Part shown: positions 1-12,404 of the stretch, in pieces | Position numbering within the stretch: position 1 is the first letter of the stretch | How the letters are laid out: every line of letters begins with the position of its first letter | Assembly: GCF_000143415.4 (NCBI RefSeq) | Contig: NW_003314266.1 | Location: forward strand, 3,356,398-3,420,397 | Direction: 5' to 3' | Origin: Selaginella moellendorffii | Taxonomy: Eukaryota > Plantae > Lycopodiophyta | Length of the DNA stretch: 64,000 bases | Program-made: the position numbers and the translations under genes | Notes under the pieces: generated by a model | What the model was told of the DNA's origin: nothing | Seen by the model: only the letters and a program-made list of their open reading frames with translations | Database searches by the model: none

Positions 1-603
1 ACACTAATGCTTCTTTTATGGCATAGCAAGTGTGAGCTTTTGCATTTGGATGATATATTTAAAGGTAAACTCAAAAAACTTAAATGCTCCAGAAGCTGCA
101 AATAAAATTGTAGGCCAGTAGGAGGTTTAAGAAACCAAACTTACTTCTCATTTCTTAAAATACATGGTGTAGATATTAATTTTTCATGTTATATCAATGG
201 TGAACTTTTGAAGTTGGACTTTTTAAGGGTAAAGAACACAAAGGGTTTTTAGTTCATAAGGAGTGAACTAGAAGTTGTAGGCTAGTTTATTGGGATTTGT
301 AGTTCGTTTGAAGCTTATGTTTTACAGGTCAAGTTTTTGTTGATGCTTTGGAATAATTATATCATGGTTAAAAAGTTTGTGTGGTGGTGTGTAATAGCCA
401 AAAAAAGTTCCAGATGTTCCACCAGAAGATTCTAGAGATTTCTATTTTGATGATAGTTTTAGCACATTTAAGGATGAATCTAGCATCATCATTTTATTTG
501 ATCATAAAAAAAAAGGAAAGCTAGTCAGTCATCACAACTCCTTCCTTTTCTTTCTGGTCACAAATTTCTCAGAACTCCTTGCACACACAGTTCGTAATTA
601 GCA

Positions 604-2115
604 CTAGTACAGTAGCTCCTGGAAAACTGGATCCACGCTCTTGTTCCACTTCCCCTCATACAAGCTCAACAGCTTCTCTGCCGGTGTCACCCCCGTTCTC
701 ACAATCTCAGCAATGTCGTTGAGAAATCCAGCCTCCTTGTAGCCTCGTCTTTGCAGCCCATCCCTGGCCAGCTTAAAAACGTCCTGCGCTACGTGCTTGA
801 GCTGCCCGTCCCGGAACGGCGTGCTTAATCCCAGCCTCGGAACTTTGCTTCTCAGCATCGCCCTCTCCCCCTCCGTCCAGCCCTCCACCATCTTGGACGC
901 CGATTCCAGAGCTTCTTCGTCGTACAAAATCCCCACCCAGAAGGCTGGGAGAGCGCACAGCCTCTTCCACGGCCCCCCGTCAGCCCCTCTCATCTCCAAG
1001 TATCTCTTGAGCCTGACCTCTGGAAAGATGGTTGTCAAGTGGTTCTCCCAGTCGTTGAGCGTCGGGAGCTCGCCGGGGAGATTGGAGAGCCTGCCGGCGA
1101 GGAAATCCTTGAACGACTGCCCCGTGCAATCCACGTACCTCTTGTCCCTGTACACGAAGTACATGGGCACCTCGAGAGCGTACTCGACGTACCTCTCGAA
1201 CGAGAAACCATCCTGGAAGACGAACGGGAGATCGCCTGTCCTGTTTCGATCTACGTCCGTCCAGATGTGGCTCCGGTAGCTCACGAAACCATTGGGAACG
1301 CCCTCCTTGAACGGCGAGTTCGCAAACACCGCAGTGGCGATCGGTTGCAGCGCCAGTCCCACTCTAAACTTCTTCACCATGTCCTCCTCGGACGAGAAGT
1401 CGAGATTCACCTGAACTGTGCACGTCCGGAACATCATGTCCAAGCCCAAGCTGCCAACTTTCGGCATGTAGTTCTTCATGATCTGGTACCTCCCTTTGGG
1501 CATCACTGGGATCTTCTCCACCGGCCACTTTGGCTGGAATCCCATCCCCATGAAGCCCAGTCCCATCTCCTCGGCCACCGCTTTCACCTGGTAGAGATGG
1601 GAGTTTACCTCGGCACACGTCTGGTGGACAGTTTCCAGTGGAGCACCGCTGAGCTCGAACTGGCCACCCGGTTCCAGCGAGATGCTTTGCCCGTCCTGCT
1701 TGAGACCGATGATCTTGTCTCCCTCCATCACCCTCTGCCAGTTGAATCGCTCCGCCAGACCTTCCAGCAGCTGCGCGATCTGCTCGTAGTCGATGGGCTC
1801 GAGACTGCTCATCCGGAATCCAAACTTCTCGTGCTCGGTGCCGATCCTCCACTTGGACTTTGGCTTGCATCCCGACGCCAGGTAATCCACCAGGTCGAGC
1901 TTCGTCAGGGGCTCTGCCCTCAAGGCGGTCTCTTCCGCTGGCGGGCTGGCGGCGACGATGCCGAGCTTCCTCCTCTCGCGGACGCGGCCACGGAACATCG
2001 GCGAGAGATCTAGCAGCGCTGCCCGGTGCCCCTGCCACTGCCTCTCACCTCCCGGAGCTCGCGACAGCGCTGATCTCTCCGTAATATCGAGCGCGCTCCA
2101 CGAAACGGCGGCCAT
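604..2115 (-). CDS. GSH1: Glutamate--cysteine ligase (gamma-ECS), plastid type; intronless CDS
   Basis: 503-aa ORF with the plant GCL motifs [53 protein letters not shown] and the C-terminus [10 protein letters not shown] probable 5'UTR intron has a donor AG|GTATGT at 2170 and an acceptor at 2124 or 2118. Confidence 0.96.
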   Translation of the reverse strand: MAAVSWSALDITERSALSRAPGGERQWQGHRAALLDLSPMFRGRVRERRKLGIVAASPPAEETALRAEPLTKLDLVDYLASGCKPKSKWRIGTEHEKFGFRMSSLEPIDYEQIAQLLEGLAERFNWQRVMEGDKIIGLKQDGQSISLEPGGQFELSGAPLETVHQTCAEVNSHLYQVKAVAEEMGLGFMGMGFQPKWPVEKIPVMPKGRYQIMKNYMPKVGSLGLDMMFRTCTVQVNLDFSSEEDMVKKFRVGLALQPIATAVFANSPFKEGVPNGFVSYRSHIWTDVDRNRTGDLPFVFQDGFSFERYVEYALEVPMYFVYRDKRYVDCTGQSFKDFLAGRLSNLPGELPTLNDWENHLTTIFPEVRLKRYLEMRGADGGPWKRLCALPAFWVGILYDEEALESASKMVEGWTEGERAMLRSKVPRLGLSTPFRDGQLKHVAQDVFKLARDGLQRRGYKEAGFLNDIAEIVRTGVTPAEKLLSLYEGKWNKSVDPVFQELLY

Positions 2116-2376
2116 TCCTGGAGCTGCGAGAGGAAATGTGAGAGGCCTATCGATCGAATGCTAGACATACCTGAGGATTCCCCGCCTCCGCCGAGCCGCG
2201 CTCTCTGTTCTTGCGAAGCTCTAGGCTGCCCTAGCTTGTGCGCTGCCGACCGTCGGATGCCAGCCGTTGGATAAAGTATCTAACAGGGAAGGGTATTGTA
2301 TTTCGAGTGGGAATCTAACGAGAGGAAGAGTCGTCGTTTCTTCTTGCCCTTTTTCTTGGTTGATTCCTACCGCTTA

Positions 2377-2406
2377 CGTGGCATGTTTGCGTGTATGCCA
2401 CGTGGC
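2377..2406. promoter_or_regulatory. Paired G-box/ABRE-like elements in the divergent GSH1/GDSL intergenic region
   Basis: ACGTGGCAT...ATGCCACGTGGC contains two ACGTGGC cores, the second within the palindrome GCCACGTGGC. Confidence 0.45.
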
Positions 2407-3013
2407 GCCAAGTCACCATAAGCTAGAACATAGTGATCTTTAAAACTTTTTTTCTACTGTCAAGAGATCCCACCATGACTGACAAGCATATTCCTCGTTT
2501 TCGTTCCATTCGCAGCGACACACTCGCGATCTCTGGCAAAAGTTCTGCAAGGCGTCAATGGGCGAACTATTCAAGTGTCACAATTTGTCCACAGAGAAGC
2601 CAGTGAAGAGAGCTGCCGAGAGACAAACTCTGGGCTTTTCGATCTCTCTCTCGATCTGGCTGTATGGCAGCTCGAGTTCGGTGCAAACTGAGCTCTCAAA
2701 TTCATTGTTTCCGGTTGGCATCCAAAGAAATGCTAATACAATAATAATACTATCAAAATATAATTCTAACAAACCAATCGAAAGAATAACGATGAGAGAA
2801 AGAGCGTTACAAACACCTTTTATTCATAGTCCCTGGAATCAAACCACACACATACAAACATTGACAGCGATTTAGCAACAGGTTTTGAATAAATTTACGC
2901 GGAAGAACGGTGGTTCAAAGCTGTATATAATTCATGAAGCTTTTTAAAGCCTCTTCTTGGTCGAGCCAAAGGAGCGTAGTCCTTCCTGTAAAGAAGAAGA
3001 AGAAGAAGAAGAA

Positions 3014-4994
3014 ATGGCCGCTTTTCCTTCTTTGGTACTAGTGCCTGCAAATGTTCCCTCTCTTTTGCTGCTCCTGCTCCTGCTCACAAATTCTCTGATA
3101 AATTCCAATGCCGCTGCCACTCTGACTTGCCCCGTGGGGATTTTCAGCTTTGGAGACTCTCTCGCCGACACTGGGAATTACGCAGCTGCGTTTCCAGATC
3201 CACCAGCGCCTTCTACATCCTCGAGTTCCTCCTCCGCAATCCAAGTTCTATCACCGCAGAGTTCCAGAGTCCACAATTTCTTCAATTATCTCGACATTCG
3301 TGCAGCCTACGATGGTGCCAAGCTCGACATGGAATTCGAATCCAGCAAGGCTGCGACCAAGCTGCCATTCCGGGCCAGCAATGGTCGCCTCGTCATCGAT
3401 TTCATAGGTAACCTCTTTGACAAACTTTGCAAATTTCTCTGTCTAAATTTTCTCTGTTTCTTTTTCTCGTCCCGACTTTCTTGGCATTTAGAAAACTCGC
3501 GAGAGATCCTTTCTGCAGTAGAAACGTACGTAGACATTTTGTTCTTGTAGCATCCATATGGTACGTTAAAGTTTTTGTTTAGGTGGTGGTCGTGGTGGTC
3601 CAAACTTCATGCAAGTTTTGCTTGAATTGCCTGCCTGGCAAACTCCATGCATCAACTAAAAAAATATCAGAGAAAAATATCCGCAACCATGAAGCTTAGG
3701 TAGAACCTTTGTTTCGTAGCTACACAAAGTGCCTGACAGCAAGTTTCCTAGCGTGGATTTTTTTATCAATCAATCGCTAGCTATACTTCGAGGGAAAAAG
3801 CTTCCTTTTTTTTCTTTACTTTTCACTCCTTTATAGCTCTTTTTTTCTTTTTTTTAAAAATAATTTTCTTGATTGCTAACATATTTTTCTTATTTGGCGT
3901 TTTGTGTGTAGCTCAAGCGTTCCGTGCTCCTTTCCTAGCTCCATATTTTCAAAACGTTTTGCCGGACTATACAAACGGTGTCAACTTTGCATTTTCTTCT
4001 TCAACAGCTCGCAACACTTCCATCTCTGTTCCTTTTTACCTCTACAGGCAAGTCAATCACTACATTTATTTGAAAGGAAACATATATAATGCCCGAGGTA
4101 AAACGAGAAATTCTGTCTGTTTTTCTACGTCTTCCCCCCCTTTTTTTTGTTTAATTATTACAGGAGGTGCCAGCTTACCACCATTTAGCATCTTCTCCAC
4201 AGCCCTCCACTGGATCTCAATCGGTATCAACGATTTCTATCAGAACTATATGGTCAATAATTTGAGTGTTTCTGACGTCAAGAACAAGGTGGTTCCTGAT
4301 GCAGTGCATGCAGTCTCGGAAGCTGTCCAGGTAAACAAAATCAAAAGACAAAACCAAATTATTTCTTAAGAAAAAAGGTGTAACCTCTCTTTAGAGACTA
4401 TATGGATTTGGAGCGAGGACTTTCATGGTGATGAACATCCCAGCAGTTGGCTGCCTTCCAGCTTTCCTCAGCAAATTCGGCACCGCAAACCCGGGTGACT
4501 ACGATTCCCTGGGATGCCTTAAGAATCACAACGATGCCGCAAAAGCTTACGCTACACAGCTCCGTGTGGCTCTATCAAATCTCAGGCTAACTCTCCCGCA
4601 GGCTTTCATCATGTATGGAGATTATTATCAAGTTCACTTAGATGCAGTCACAAATCCAACACAATACGGTAATTTCTAAGTATTATCTTATTTTTTCCAC
4701 AATATTAATTACTATTTTGTATGTTTTTTTTATGTAGGACTGCATCCCAATGGTACCTTAACTGCGTGTTGTGGAGGCGGAGGAAAGTATAACGTTCCAG
4801 TATCTCCATGTATCAGTTCCACTCCAGTGTGTGAAGATCCCCAAGCTTATATAAGTTGGGATGGCCTCCATTTTTGCGAGAGCTTTAATAGAGCGGTCGC
4901 GCTAACGTTCCTCCATGGCGATTATGTGGAGCCGTGGCCCAATTCCAACCTCACTGCGGCGTGCAGCTTAGACTTTAGCAAATTCTATTCTTAA
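3014..4994 (+). CDS. GDSL esterase/lipase (SGNH family), secreted, 5 exons
   Basis: Leu-rich signal peptide, FSFGDSLADTGN, NGRLVIDFI, GVNFA, ISIGINDF, MNIPAVGCLP, ACCGGGG and SWDGLHF. GT-AG introns start at about 3408, 4098, 4331 and 4669; TAA is at 4992-4994. Confidence 0.93.
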
Positions 4995-5137
4995 TATGTA
5001 ATAATTCGTATATTTAACATTGCGATTTAATTATCTAAATTATGAATTATATACCAGAATAAACCAGTTTACGTGATCGAAGGAAAGATATGGTGCCCTC
5101 TCCAGCGACTAAAAATCAGTAAAGCTTGCAACACTTA

Positions 5138-7196
5138 TCACGTAGCCTTAAGCATTGTGGATGGAATGGAAACCCTGCCAATCTCTACAATCACAGGCTT
5201 CCCATTCGGGTCTAGCGGATGCTTCCACGGCTCTCCATCCAGCTGCATATAAGCTCGATCGCGTTTCTCGCCATGGAGCTCCAGCCGGATAGCTTGAGCC
5301 TGCCAAGCCGTGTCAAAACATATATCCAAAGTTCTACACGAACTTTCACAAACCTGAGCAAGGCGAACAGCTTTAAGGAGGCTGACCATCACCAGAGACG
5401 TGTGCCAGCCGTCTCGCAAGCCAAAGATTTCCAGATATCCATCGTTGGGCCTGGCCTCGACAAATCCTTTCTGGAGAAGACCAGAACTAAACCTTTAAAG
5501 ACGACGTCCAATGGAGTAGCCTACCTTTTGCATATTCTCCGGCTTTGGGTGTCCCCACGGGTTTCTTCCGCCGGCATAGCTCTGCAAGTTCAGTATCACC
5601 ACTGCTCGAACGCTACAGAGAAGATACGAACCACATCACATCATCTCATTTCCCTCTGCCGCACACTTCTGTTTCGGTTTACCTCGACGGAACATCAACT
5701 TCTTCCCACCCGTCGTCTCCGTGTTTCTTCCTCACGGACAGACGAAGAACGGTGCTCACACCTCGGGCCCGAGGATTAGTAGATAATGAAGTGCAAAACC
5801 AGCCTTGCCAGCAACTATACCCCGAGTAAATCATCTGGAGGACAATCCAAATAGTCTGAGAAACGGTCAGGAATTACAATCAAAGACCTTGTTCGCAATC
5901 GGCCCTCGAGCAAGCCACGGCATTCTATTCCGCAGCTCATGGAATCCGTATGCAACTTGCGCATCCATTCCTGTGGAAAAAAACAAAACAAGAGTCACAA
6001 AAACCAAACCGTGCAACAAGTACCTAAGCTAAAATAATTGTAGAAGACTCCTTCAAACGACGCTGAGTATTCGTCCTGTTCTTCCTGAAAGCACGCGGCT
6101 TTAGATGTACGAGAGTGAAAGTAAGAAAATATATTTTTTTGCCTCGGTGGAAAGAGGTATATGTTGCTGCGGTTTCAATGCGTGCGGCCACTTTATAGGT
6201 TCTTTGGTGGAGGTTCTAATGCTCACTTTCCAACTGCGGAAGCGATCGACACGAGAAACATACATAAAGCATGAAAAAAAGATTGAAGCACTCACCAGTC
6301 TAAAGGTTGAGGAGTTGAGCCATCCGTTGCTTTCAAGAGCCAGTCCTTAACGGCAGCTCTTCCTTTGGACGTAAAAGAAGCACCCTGCAGCAAAGAAGTT
6401 GTAAACTTGGACAAAAACGAAGGAAAAAACTCACCCATCCAAAGCTCCGTGCGAGATCATTGCCAGTTCCAAGCGGAATAACCCCAACGGGAGGACACGG
6501 TCCACGATGCTCCAAGTGAAGCTCTGCCAGGCTTCCAAGCACCCAGCCCACGGTGCCATCGCCTCCAGCAACCTGTGGAGGAACATATAGCTCACAAAAC
6601 AAAGTGAAAGTTTCTCCATCCATCATACGAGAATTCGAAGACGTTCACGTGTGAGCCTTGCGCATTGATCGCCGTTTTTCGCAAGAGCATCCAGGCACCC
6701 CAAACCATGACGAACGAAATCTGTTGGTTTTGTCTCGTTGAGATCAAACACCTGGAATGCACAAGAAGAGCAATGAGAAGAAACAAAAAAAAAAAGAAGG
6801 AAAAGATCGCTTTCTCTCACGTATCCCCAGAAAGAACTAAGAGAGAAAAAGAGAAACCTTAGCTTCCACTAGTACCTGTTCTGGACTGATAAGATCTCTC
6901 AAATGGCCGGCAAGGGCAGGCCCAAGGCGGCCACCACTCTTGGAATTGACGAACACAATGAGCGGGCTGGAAGGGGCTGCGTGATCCTCTTGCCGATCGC
7001 TCAAAGCACTGGCGCCCTCGACATAGCCACCGCCGCTGGTAGCCACGGCATTGCACATCGCCTTGCGGAGATACTCGGGGATCAAGACCCGGCCCTTGAG
7101 CAGCACCGTCCTGCCCTTCTTCTTGGGGACGATGAGGTCCAAGATCCCCTTACCGCCATGCCCCGCGCCCGATGGCGCCGATCCATTGGAATCCAT
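5138..7196 (-). CDS. Diacylglycerol kinase (plant DGK3/4/7-like), multi-exon
   Basis: [39 protein letters not shown] and [10 protein letters not shown] occur across short GT-AG introns. Confidence 0.93.
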
Positions 7197-7418
7197 GGCG
7201 CGCTAGCGCGATCGCTGCGCCAAGAGGCGCCGATCTTACCCCAGATTGCCCGAAATATCGATGAAGAAGAGCTGCTGCTATCTATCGCTACAATCCCTCA
7301 TTGCGAAGCAGCGATGTGCTGCCCACACAGCCAGCAAGAATGGACGAAAATATTCCCAGAGGAGATTCCATCGTAGGTCGTACTAATTTCTAGCTGCCAT
7401 GCAAATATTATAGTCAAA

Positions 7419-7500
7419 GTCAACATGTCCGAGTGGTTAAGGAGATAGACTTGAAATCTATTGGGTTTCACCCGCGCAGGTTCGAACCCTGCTGTTGACG
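7419..7500 (+). tRNA. tRNA-Ser (anticodon UGA), 82 nt, long variable arm
   Basis: Acceptor stem GTCAACA/TGTTGAC with discriminator G, D-loop GAGTGGTTAAG, anticodon arm ATAGA-CTTGAAA-TCTAT and T-arm GCAGGTTCGAACCCTGC. Confidence 0.96.
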
Positions 7501-7579
7501 ATACAGTGTGAACATTCTTTATTCGAAAATTCTTAAGGCTATTCGTATGTGAATATTCTTTAGCTTTTCTTTGAATTTA

Positions 7580-9768
7580 CTAAGGCGTGTCGAGCCAAGG
7601 AGCTTTTGGTTCTCTGAGCGAGCCCCATCGTCCTACCATTGTGTGAGCCATTTTCGTCCAGAGTGGCGCTTCTGGATCTCTTCCGGGCGATGGAATCTCG
7701 ATTATCTCGCTGGTGGTGGTGGTGCTGCTGCTGCTACTCTGAGCTTGAGGAAGCAAGAGCTCCTCGCGCAGAGGATCGTTCTCGCCTCTTCTCTCGAACT
7801 TGGCTGTCAAGGCGATGACTGCTGCGGCGACAGCACAGCCTCCTGGAACCAGAGCTAGCACTCGTCGAACCAGAGAGACGCTGCAGCGTCCATTGAGCAA
7901 GCAAAATGCCGGTGTCTCGGTTCCTGCAAGCGCAACTGTTTTGTTAGTCTCGAAAGGAAGATCATAGAAACAGAGACCATGAAGCGCTTCAATCGCGTAG
8001 AGAGCGAATCCACACGCAAGTTTATCACACAAGCTCAGGGAGCCATAAACGAAGGCACATCCACTTAAGCTGTGGCCAACTAGCAATCCTTCCATGCTGG
8101 TAGCAGTAACCTGAGAGAGAACCATGGAAATAGTTGAGACCAAGCAGTGCACAAAAAGGATGGCTTACCAGCATTAGTGCATTGCCTGTTCCGACAACCA
8201 ACGCTAGAGGATATATGTACAGTTGAAACGAACTAGACAAATAAAAGAATCCAACCCCGCAAAAAAGCCAAAGTGATGCTCCTGTTGTAAAGGCGGCTTT
8301 GAGTCTGAAGCTTGTCCAGTGACATTCCTGAATACAGCGTTTTATCTTGGATGCGTTTAATCATCAAAGTACCTGGAGCCATATGGAAGTGAAGAAACTA
8401 GACATGTATATAACTGCTGGAACCTGTGAAAACAAGAGGTATAAGAGCCATGTTCACGACGAATTATCGGTTTACTTACCACTGCCTTCGATGATTCGAC
8501 CATGTACAAATCGTCAATGAGATAAAATGCTAAAAGGGCCTGAAAAAACATATTAGCCTGGGAATCAAGGATGTATGTTGCAAGACCTGTGAAACATTTG
8601 TTGTAAGTCTGGTAAGTGTGTAAACTAGCGCAACTTGATAATAAAGAATCTTCCGAAACCATGACACGAAACTTATCTTGGTGTATAGCTTCGGCTGGAA
8701 ATGGTGTTGTAATCTGGAACAACACAAAAGCTATGGAAGTCTTGAGTAACAGTTATCATACCTTGGTTCTTTTACACTTAGAAGAAATATGAGAACAAAA
8801 AAGCCACCTATAGCTACATTAGCACTGGCAATCCACCGATACTGTGCGACAGCGATGGAGATTAGCAAGCGAAAAAAAGAAGAAACGTAAGTACCTGTCT
8901 CTCAACATTGTCATTCGATTTGAAAGTGAAAACCAAGAACGCGATGCCATAGAGCAAGAGATTTGCAACCTGGAGGAACATCAAAAATGAATGGCAAGTT
9001 TATAAACAGGAAGAAAAACTCAGAGACTTCACCATGGTGAAGGCATTTCTACAACTGTTCAAGGCCACTCGGCTGGTGGGATTTGCCGTGATGCAATTAA
9101 CGAGAGACCTGTTCAAAGCAGGGAATCTTTGTGAAGGAAAAAAAAAAGAGAGAAAGAGACAAATCGTACATGTGAGAGACTTGAGTTGCGGCCCAACCGA
9201 TATTAAAAATGGCCGCAAAGACGCTGTAGCCAAGTGTCTCCACAAGAAGCGTCTTGTTTCCCGTGATGACACACACGGAACATCCCCCAAACACGGAAGA
9301 AAAGGAGATCGAAACAAGCAACGAACCTCCGCCATGCCATATCTTAAATCCTCCAAACAAATCGATCTGACCAACAAAACTAAACGAAGTAAAAACAAAG
9401 AGTTCTTCGTCCAATGGACGAAGAACGAGTTCCTTTTCTTACCATATACCCAGCAGCGACTGTAGCGAGTCCATCAGAAACTTGGCCGCAAAGCATCACC
9501 AGCGCAGCCTCTCTAACAGATTCCATTGTTAGAATTTCCCCCCAAAAAAACAAAGAAACGAGAGATGGAAGATGAAAATTCTCGCTTCCTACCGTGGAGT
9601 CAAGCCGACGTCGGTGAGGTAAATGAGCAAATACGTGAACCAGCAAGCGGCCGTGAGATCATTGAGCATATGGCCAATCCCATACGCCACAATCTCCTTC
9701 CTCGCCAGAGCTTTGCTGGACGGAGCATCGAAATCGGCATCGGCATCGCCGCCGCCGCCGCTCTCCAT
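7580..9768 (-). CDS. MFS transporter, MFSD12-like (MFS_2/GPH family), multi-exon
   Basis: Exon translations VAYGIGHMLNDLTAACWFTYLL, MLCGQVSDGLAT, FNIGWAATQVSHM, LNSCRNAFTMV and CAFVYGSLSLCDKLACG. ATG at 9768. Confidence 0.9.
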
Positions 9769-9962
9769 CCAGCGCTAGAATCTATGCCGCCAGCTCCATT
9801 CGCTGCCGCGATCGAAGCCCTAGCGCCTGGCTCTGCGATGAATTTTCCTCCCAAGAGGTGGGAGATGGGCGGCAATCCAACGGCCACAAGCGAGTTAAAG
9901 AATCTTGGGTAAGACGTGTCCGACGTGGCTGTAGAATCCTCAGCACGTCATTGTCGTGGCGC

Positions 9963-10820
9963 CTAGTCAGCAAGCATATTTCTGTCCACCATGGGCATTG
10001 TGAGGACGAGGGTTGCTGACAAGGCGTCCCACGTGGCAGAGCTCCTGGTATCGTTCACCTTGTGTGGAAGGTACGTCGCGAGATAGCTGCATCAAAGAAA
10101 ATCGATAGCGATGGATTGAGTAGAAAAAATGGGAGATTTTTGAGCTTACTAGCGAGGAGATGTGAGCTTGAGATACGTTGGCTTCACATCGAGCTTGATC
10201 TCGCTCGAAGACTCGGTGTCTGGAAGCTTGATCTTCATCACAAGCTCCTCGCAGAAAATCGTGGATGGAGTTTTGTCGCTCTGGAGCAGCCAATGATTTT
10301 AGAAAAGGAGAGTGAGGATTGGCATTCTCGGAAGGATTGATTTGCTTGCCATTTGGAGGTAGACATCGTTTGGAGTGACTGCCTGCTTGTAAACAAACTC
10401 GTATCTATGGTCAAAGAGAACGATCCATCAATTCGCGATGCTTACGTGATAGTGAACAAGAGTGTGAGATTACTCGGGTTGAATTCGACTGTCATTCTCA
10501 GCCGCTTCAATCGCCTCTTCGATCGCAGTCTTCTTCTCTAGACCAAAAAAAAGCGAGAAGGAAATCCATTCCATTCGCAAGAAGGGATCGAAAAGAAGAG
10601 AACGATCGAGCTTACTTTTCTCGTATTTTGGGCCGATTGAGGCAGGCGATGGAGTGGCCTGAGTCGGAGGAGCGAATTCCTGAAAACAACGGAGCGCGCG
10701 GCGCAAATCGATAAATCGACCAACTAGATCGCAGCGGCGGCGGCATACCTCAGAGGATCTTGATGTATCCGCGTGGTAGAAGAGATCGGTAAGCGCCTCG
10801 AGATCCGTCTTGTTCCACAT
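9963..10820 (-). CDS. DNAAF6: Dynein axonemal assembly factor 6 (PIH1D3/Twister)-like, 6 exons, ~170 aa
   Basis: Manual splicing gives ...DSRIQPEYEFVYKQAVTPNDVYLQMSDKTPSTIFCEELVMKIKLPDTESSSEIKLDVKPTYLKLTSPRYYLATYLPHKVNDTRSSATWDALSATLVLTMPM, which matches the PIH1D3 signature and CS domain. The model needs a GC-AG intron at 10281-10349. Confidence 0.82.
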
Positions 10821-11008
10821 CCTCGCTCGCCACAAACCCTAGAACACAACGTTCAAACGAACGGCATATACCCGGATCATAGTATTCCGTACAGGAATAT
10901 TCATAGAATAAAACCCATCTTTCGTGTTCCTGGATCCACCATAGCCGAGAGGGCCTTATCCGCCGGAGAGGAAGCAGGGGTTAGGGTTTTGGGGGAGGGA
11001 GGAAGACG

Positions 11009-12049
11009 ATGGCCGCGGTGGTGAGCGCCTGTTCCGGGAGCGCCGCGGCGTCGGCATTGGCGCAGTTCTTGCGCAGCAAGGGCGTCCGCGAAGAATGCAT
11101 CGACCGAATGGTGGACCGCTGCAATAGCAGCGGCCGATTCCCAGGTAGTGTGGATTCCCCGAGCGCCACGGCCGATGTAATGCAGCCGACCTGGAGCTAC
11201 CTGGAGAGCATCGTCGTCCCCAAGCGCAAGGTCACGTCCGTGGTGGCGCGCTGCCCGCCGCTGCTCATGATGCCGCTGGAGGAGCGCCTCAAGCCCATGG
11301 TGATGTTCCTCCAGACCATGGGGCTCAAGCGCGAGGACATCGCCAAGACCATCAACCGCTACCCATCGATCTTCATGCACAGCGTGGAGGAGAAGCTCTG
11401 CCCGCTGCTGGCATTCCTCGAGGGCGCTGCGGGCGTTCGCCCGGAGAGGATCGGCAAGCTCCTCGTGCTGTGCCCGAGGCTCCTGAGCTACAGCATCGAT
11501 CAGAAGCTCCGACCCATGGTGGATTTTCTCTGCGGCCTCGGCGTGGAGCCGGGACACGAGCTCGGCAAGCTCGTCTGCTCGTATCCAAACATCTTCGGCT
11601 ATAGCATCGAGAACAGGCTCCAAGTCACGGTGGAGTATCTCCGCCAACTCGGCCTCTCCAAGAACGACTTGAAGAAGATCATCGTGTGCTATCCTCACAT
11701 CATCTGCCGGGCGGAGAAGGCCTTGGAGCCGGCCGTGAACTATCTCCTCACGGCTGGACTGAGCGCCGGGCAGATCACCACGCTGGTCGCTGGCTTCCCT
11801 CCGATTCTCGTCAAGAGCGTCAAGAGATCCATCCAACCAAAGGTGGAGTTTCTCATGCGGGACATGGGAAGGGGATTGGAGGAAGCAGTGGAGTTCCCGG
11901 CCTACTTTGGCCACAGCCTCAACAGGAAGATCGGGCCCCGGCACAAGAAGCTCAAGGATCAAGGTGCCATCCCTCTCCACGCGATGCTCAACTGTAACAA
12001 GAAGAAGTTCACGTCCAAGTTCTTCCCAGAAGAAGTTACAGCTCCGTGA
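11009..12049 (+). CDS. mTERF family protein, intronless
   Basis: Repeated mTERF units (RCPPLLMMPLEERLKPMVMFLQTMG, CPRLLSYSIDQKLRPMVDFL, FPAYFGHSLNRKIGPRH). Confidence 0.93.
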   Translation: MAAVVSACSGSAAASALAQFLRSKGVREECIDRMVDRCNSSGRFPGSVDSPSATADVMQPTWSYLESIVVPKRKVTSVVARCPPLLMMPLEERLKPMVMFLQTMGLKREDIAKTINRYPSIFMHSVEEKLCPLLAFLEGAAGVRPERIGKLLVLCPRLLSYSIDQKLRPMVDFLCGLGVEPGHELGKLVCSYPNIFGYSIENRLQVTVEYLRQLGLSKNDLKKIIVCYPHIICRAEKALEPAVNYLLTAGLSAGQITTLVAGFPPILVKSVKRSIQPKVEFLMRDMGRGLEEAVEFPAYFGHSLNRKIGPRHKKLKDQGAIPLHAMLNCNKKKFTSKFFPEEVTAP

Positions 12050-12404
12050 GAGTGATGGTTCCAGTCCGGCTTTGGCGCGCGCAAGCGAAAACACCAACAA
12101 CAATCTTCCAGCTTCTCGGTCCTCCACAAAAGTTTTGCTGTTGGTACGTAAATTTCTTGTCGCTAGAGTGTCTTACGCTTCCTATGCTTTCGTTTCTTGC
12201 TTTTCGTCCGCCGTGGTTCTTGTTCTTCCCATTCGTTCGTCCTGCGTTGTCCTCTCCCTCTTTCATTGTTTTTTCGCTCTAGGACTTGAGATTTGAGCTC
12301 CTTGTCGTAAATGGTCACTTCCAATTAGCAAGGCTGGTTGGTTCTTGGCAAGCTCTCTGTGAACTGGTGGGATCATCGCTTTTGAGGCGATGTTGTCTTC
12401 TCAG

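Noticed and set aside
1-500. AT-rich stretch sharing aagttccagatgttc with ~48092; possible transposon remnant
   Set aside because: Only a short shared word, with no recognisable ORF or termini.
797-2038. Long antisense or overlapping ORFs over GSH1 (likewise over mTERF, DiT1 and the PPRs)
   Set aside because: Expected shadow ORFs of GC-rich coding sequence, with no motifs.
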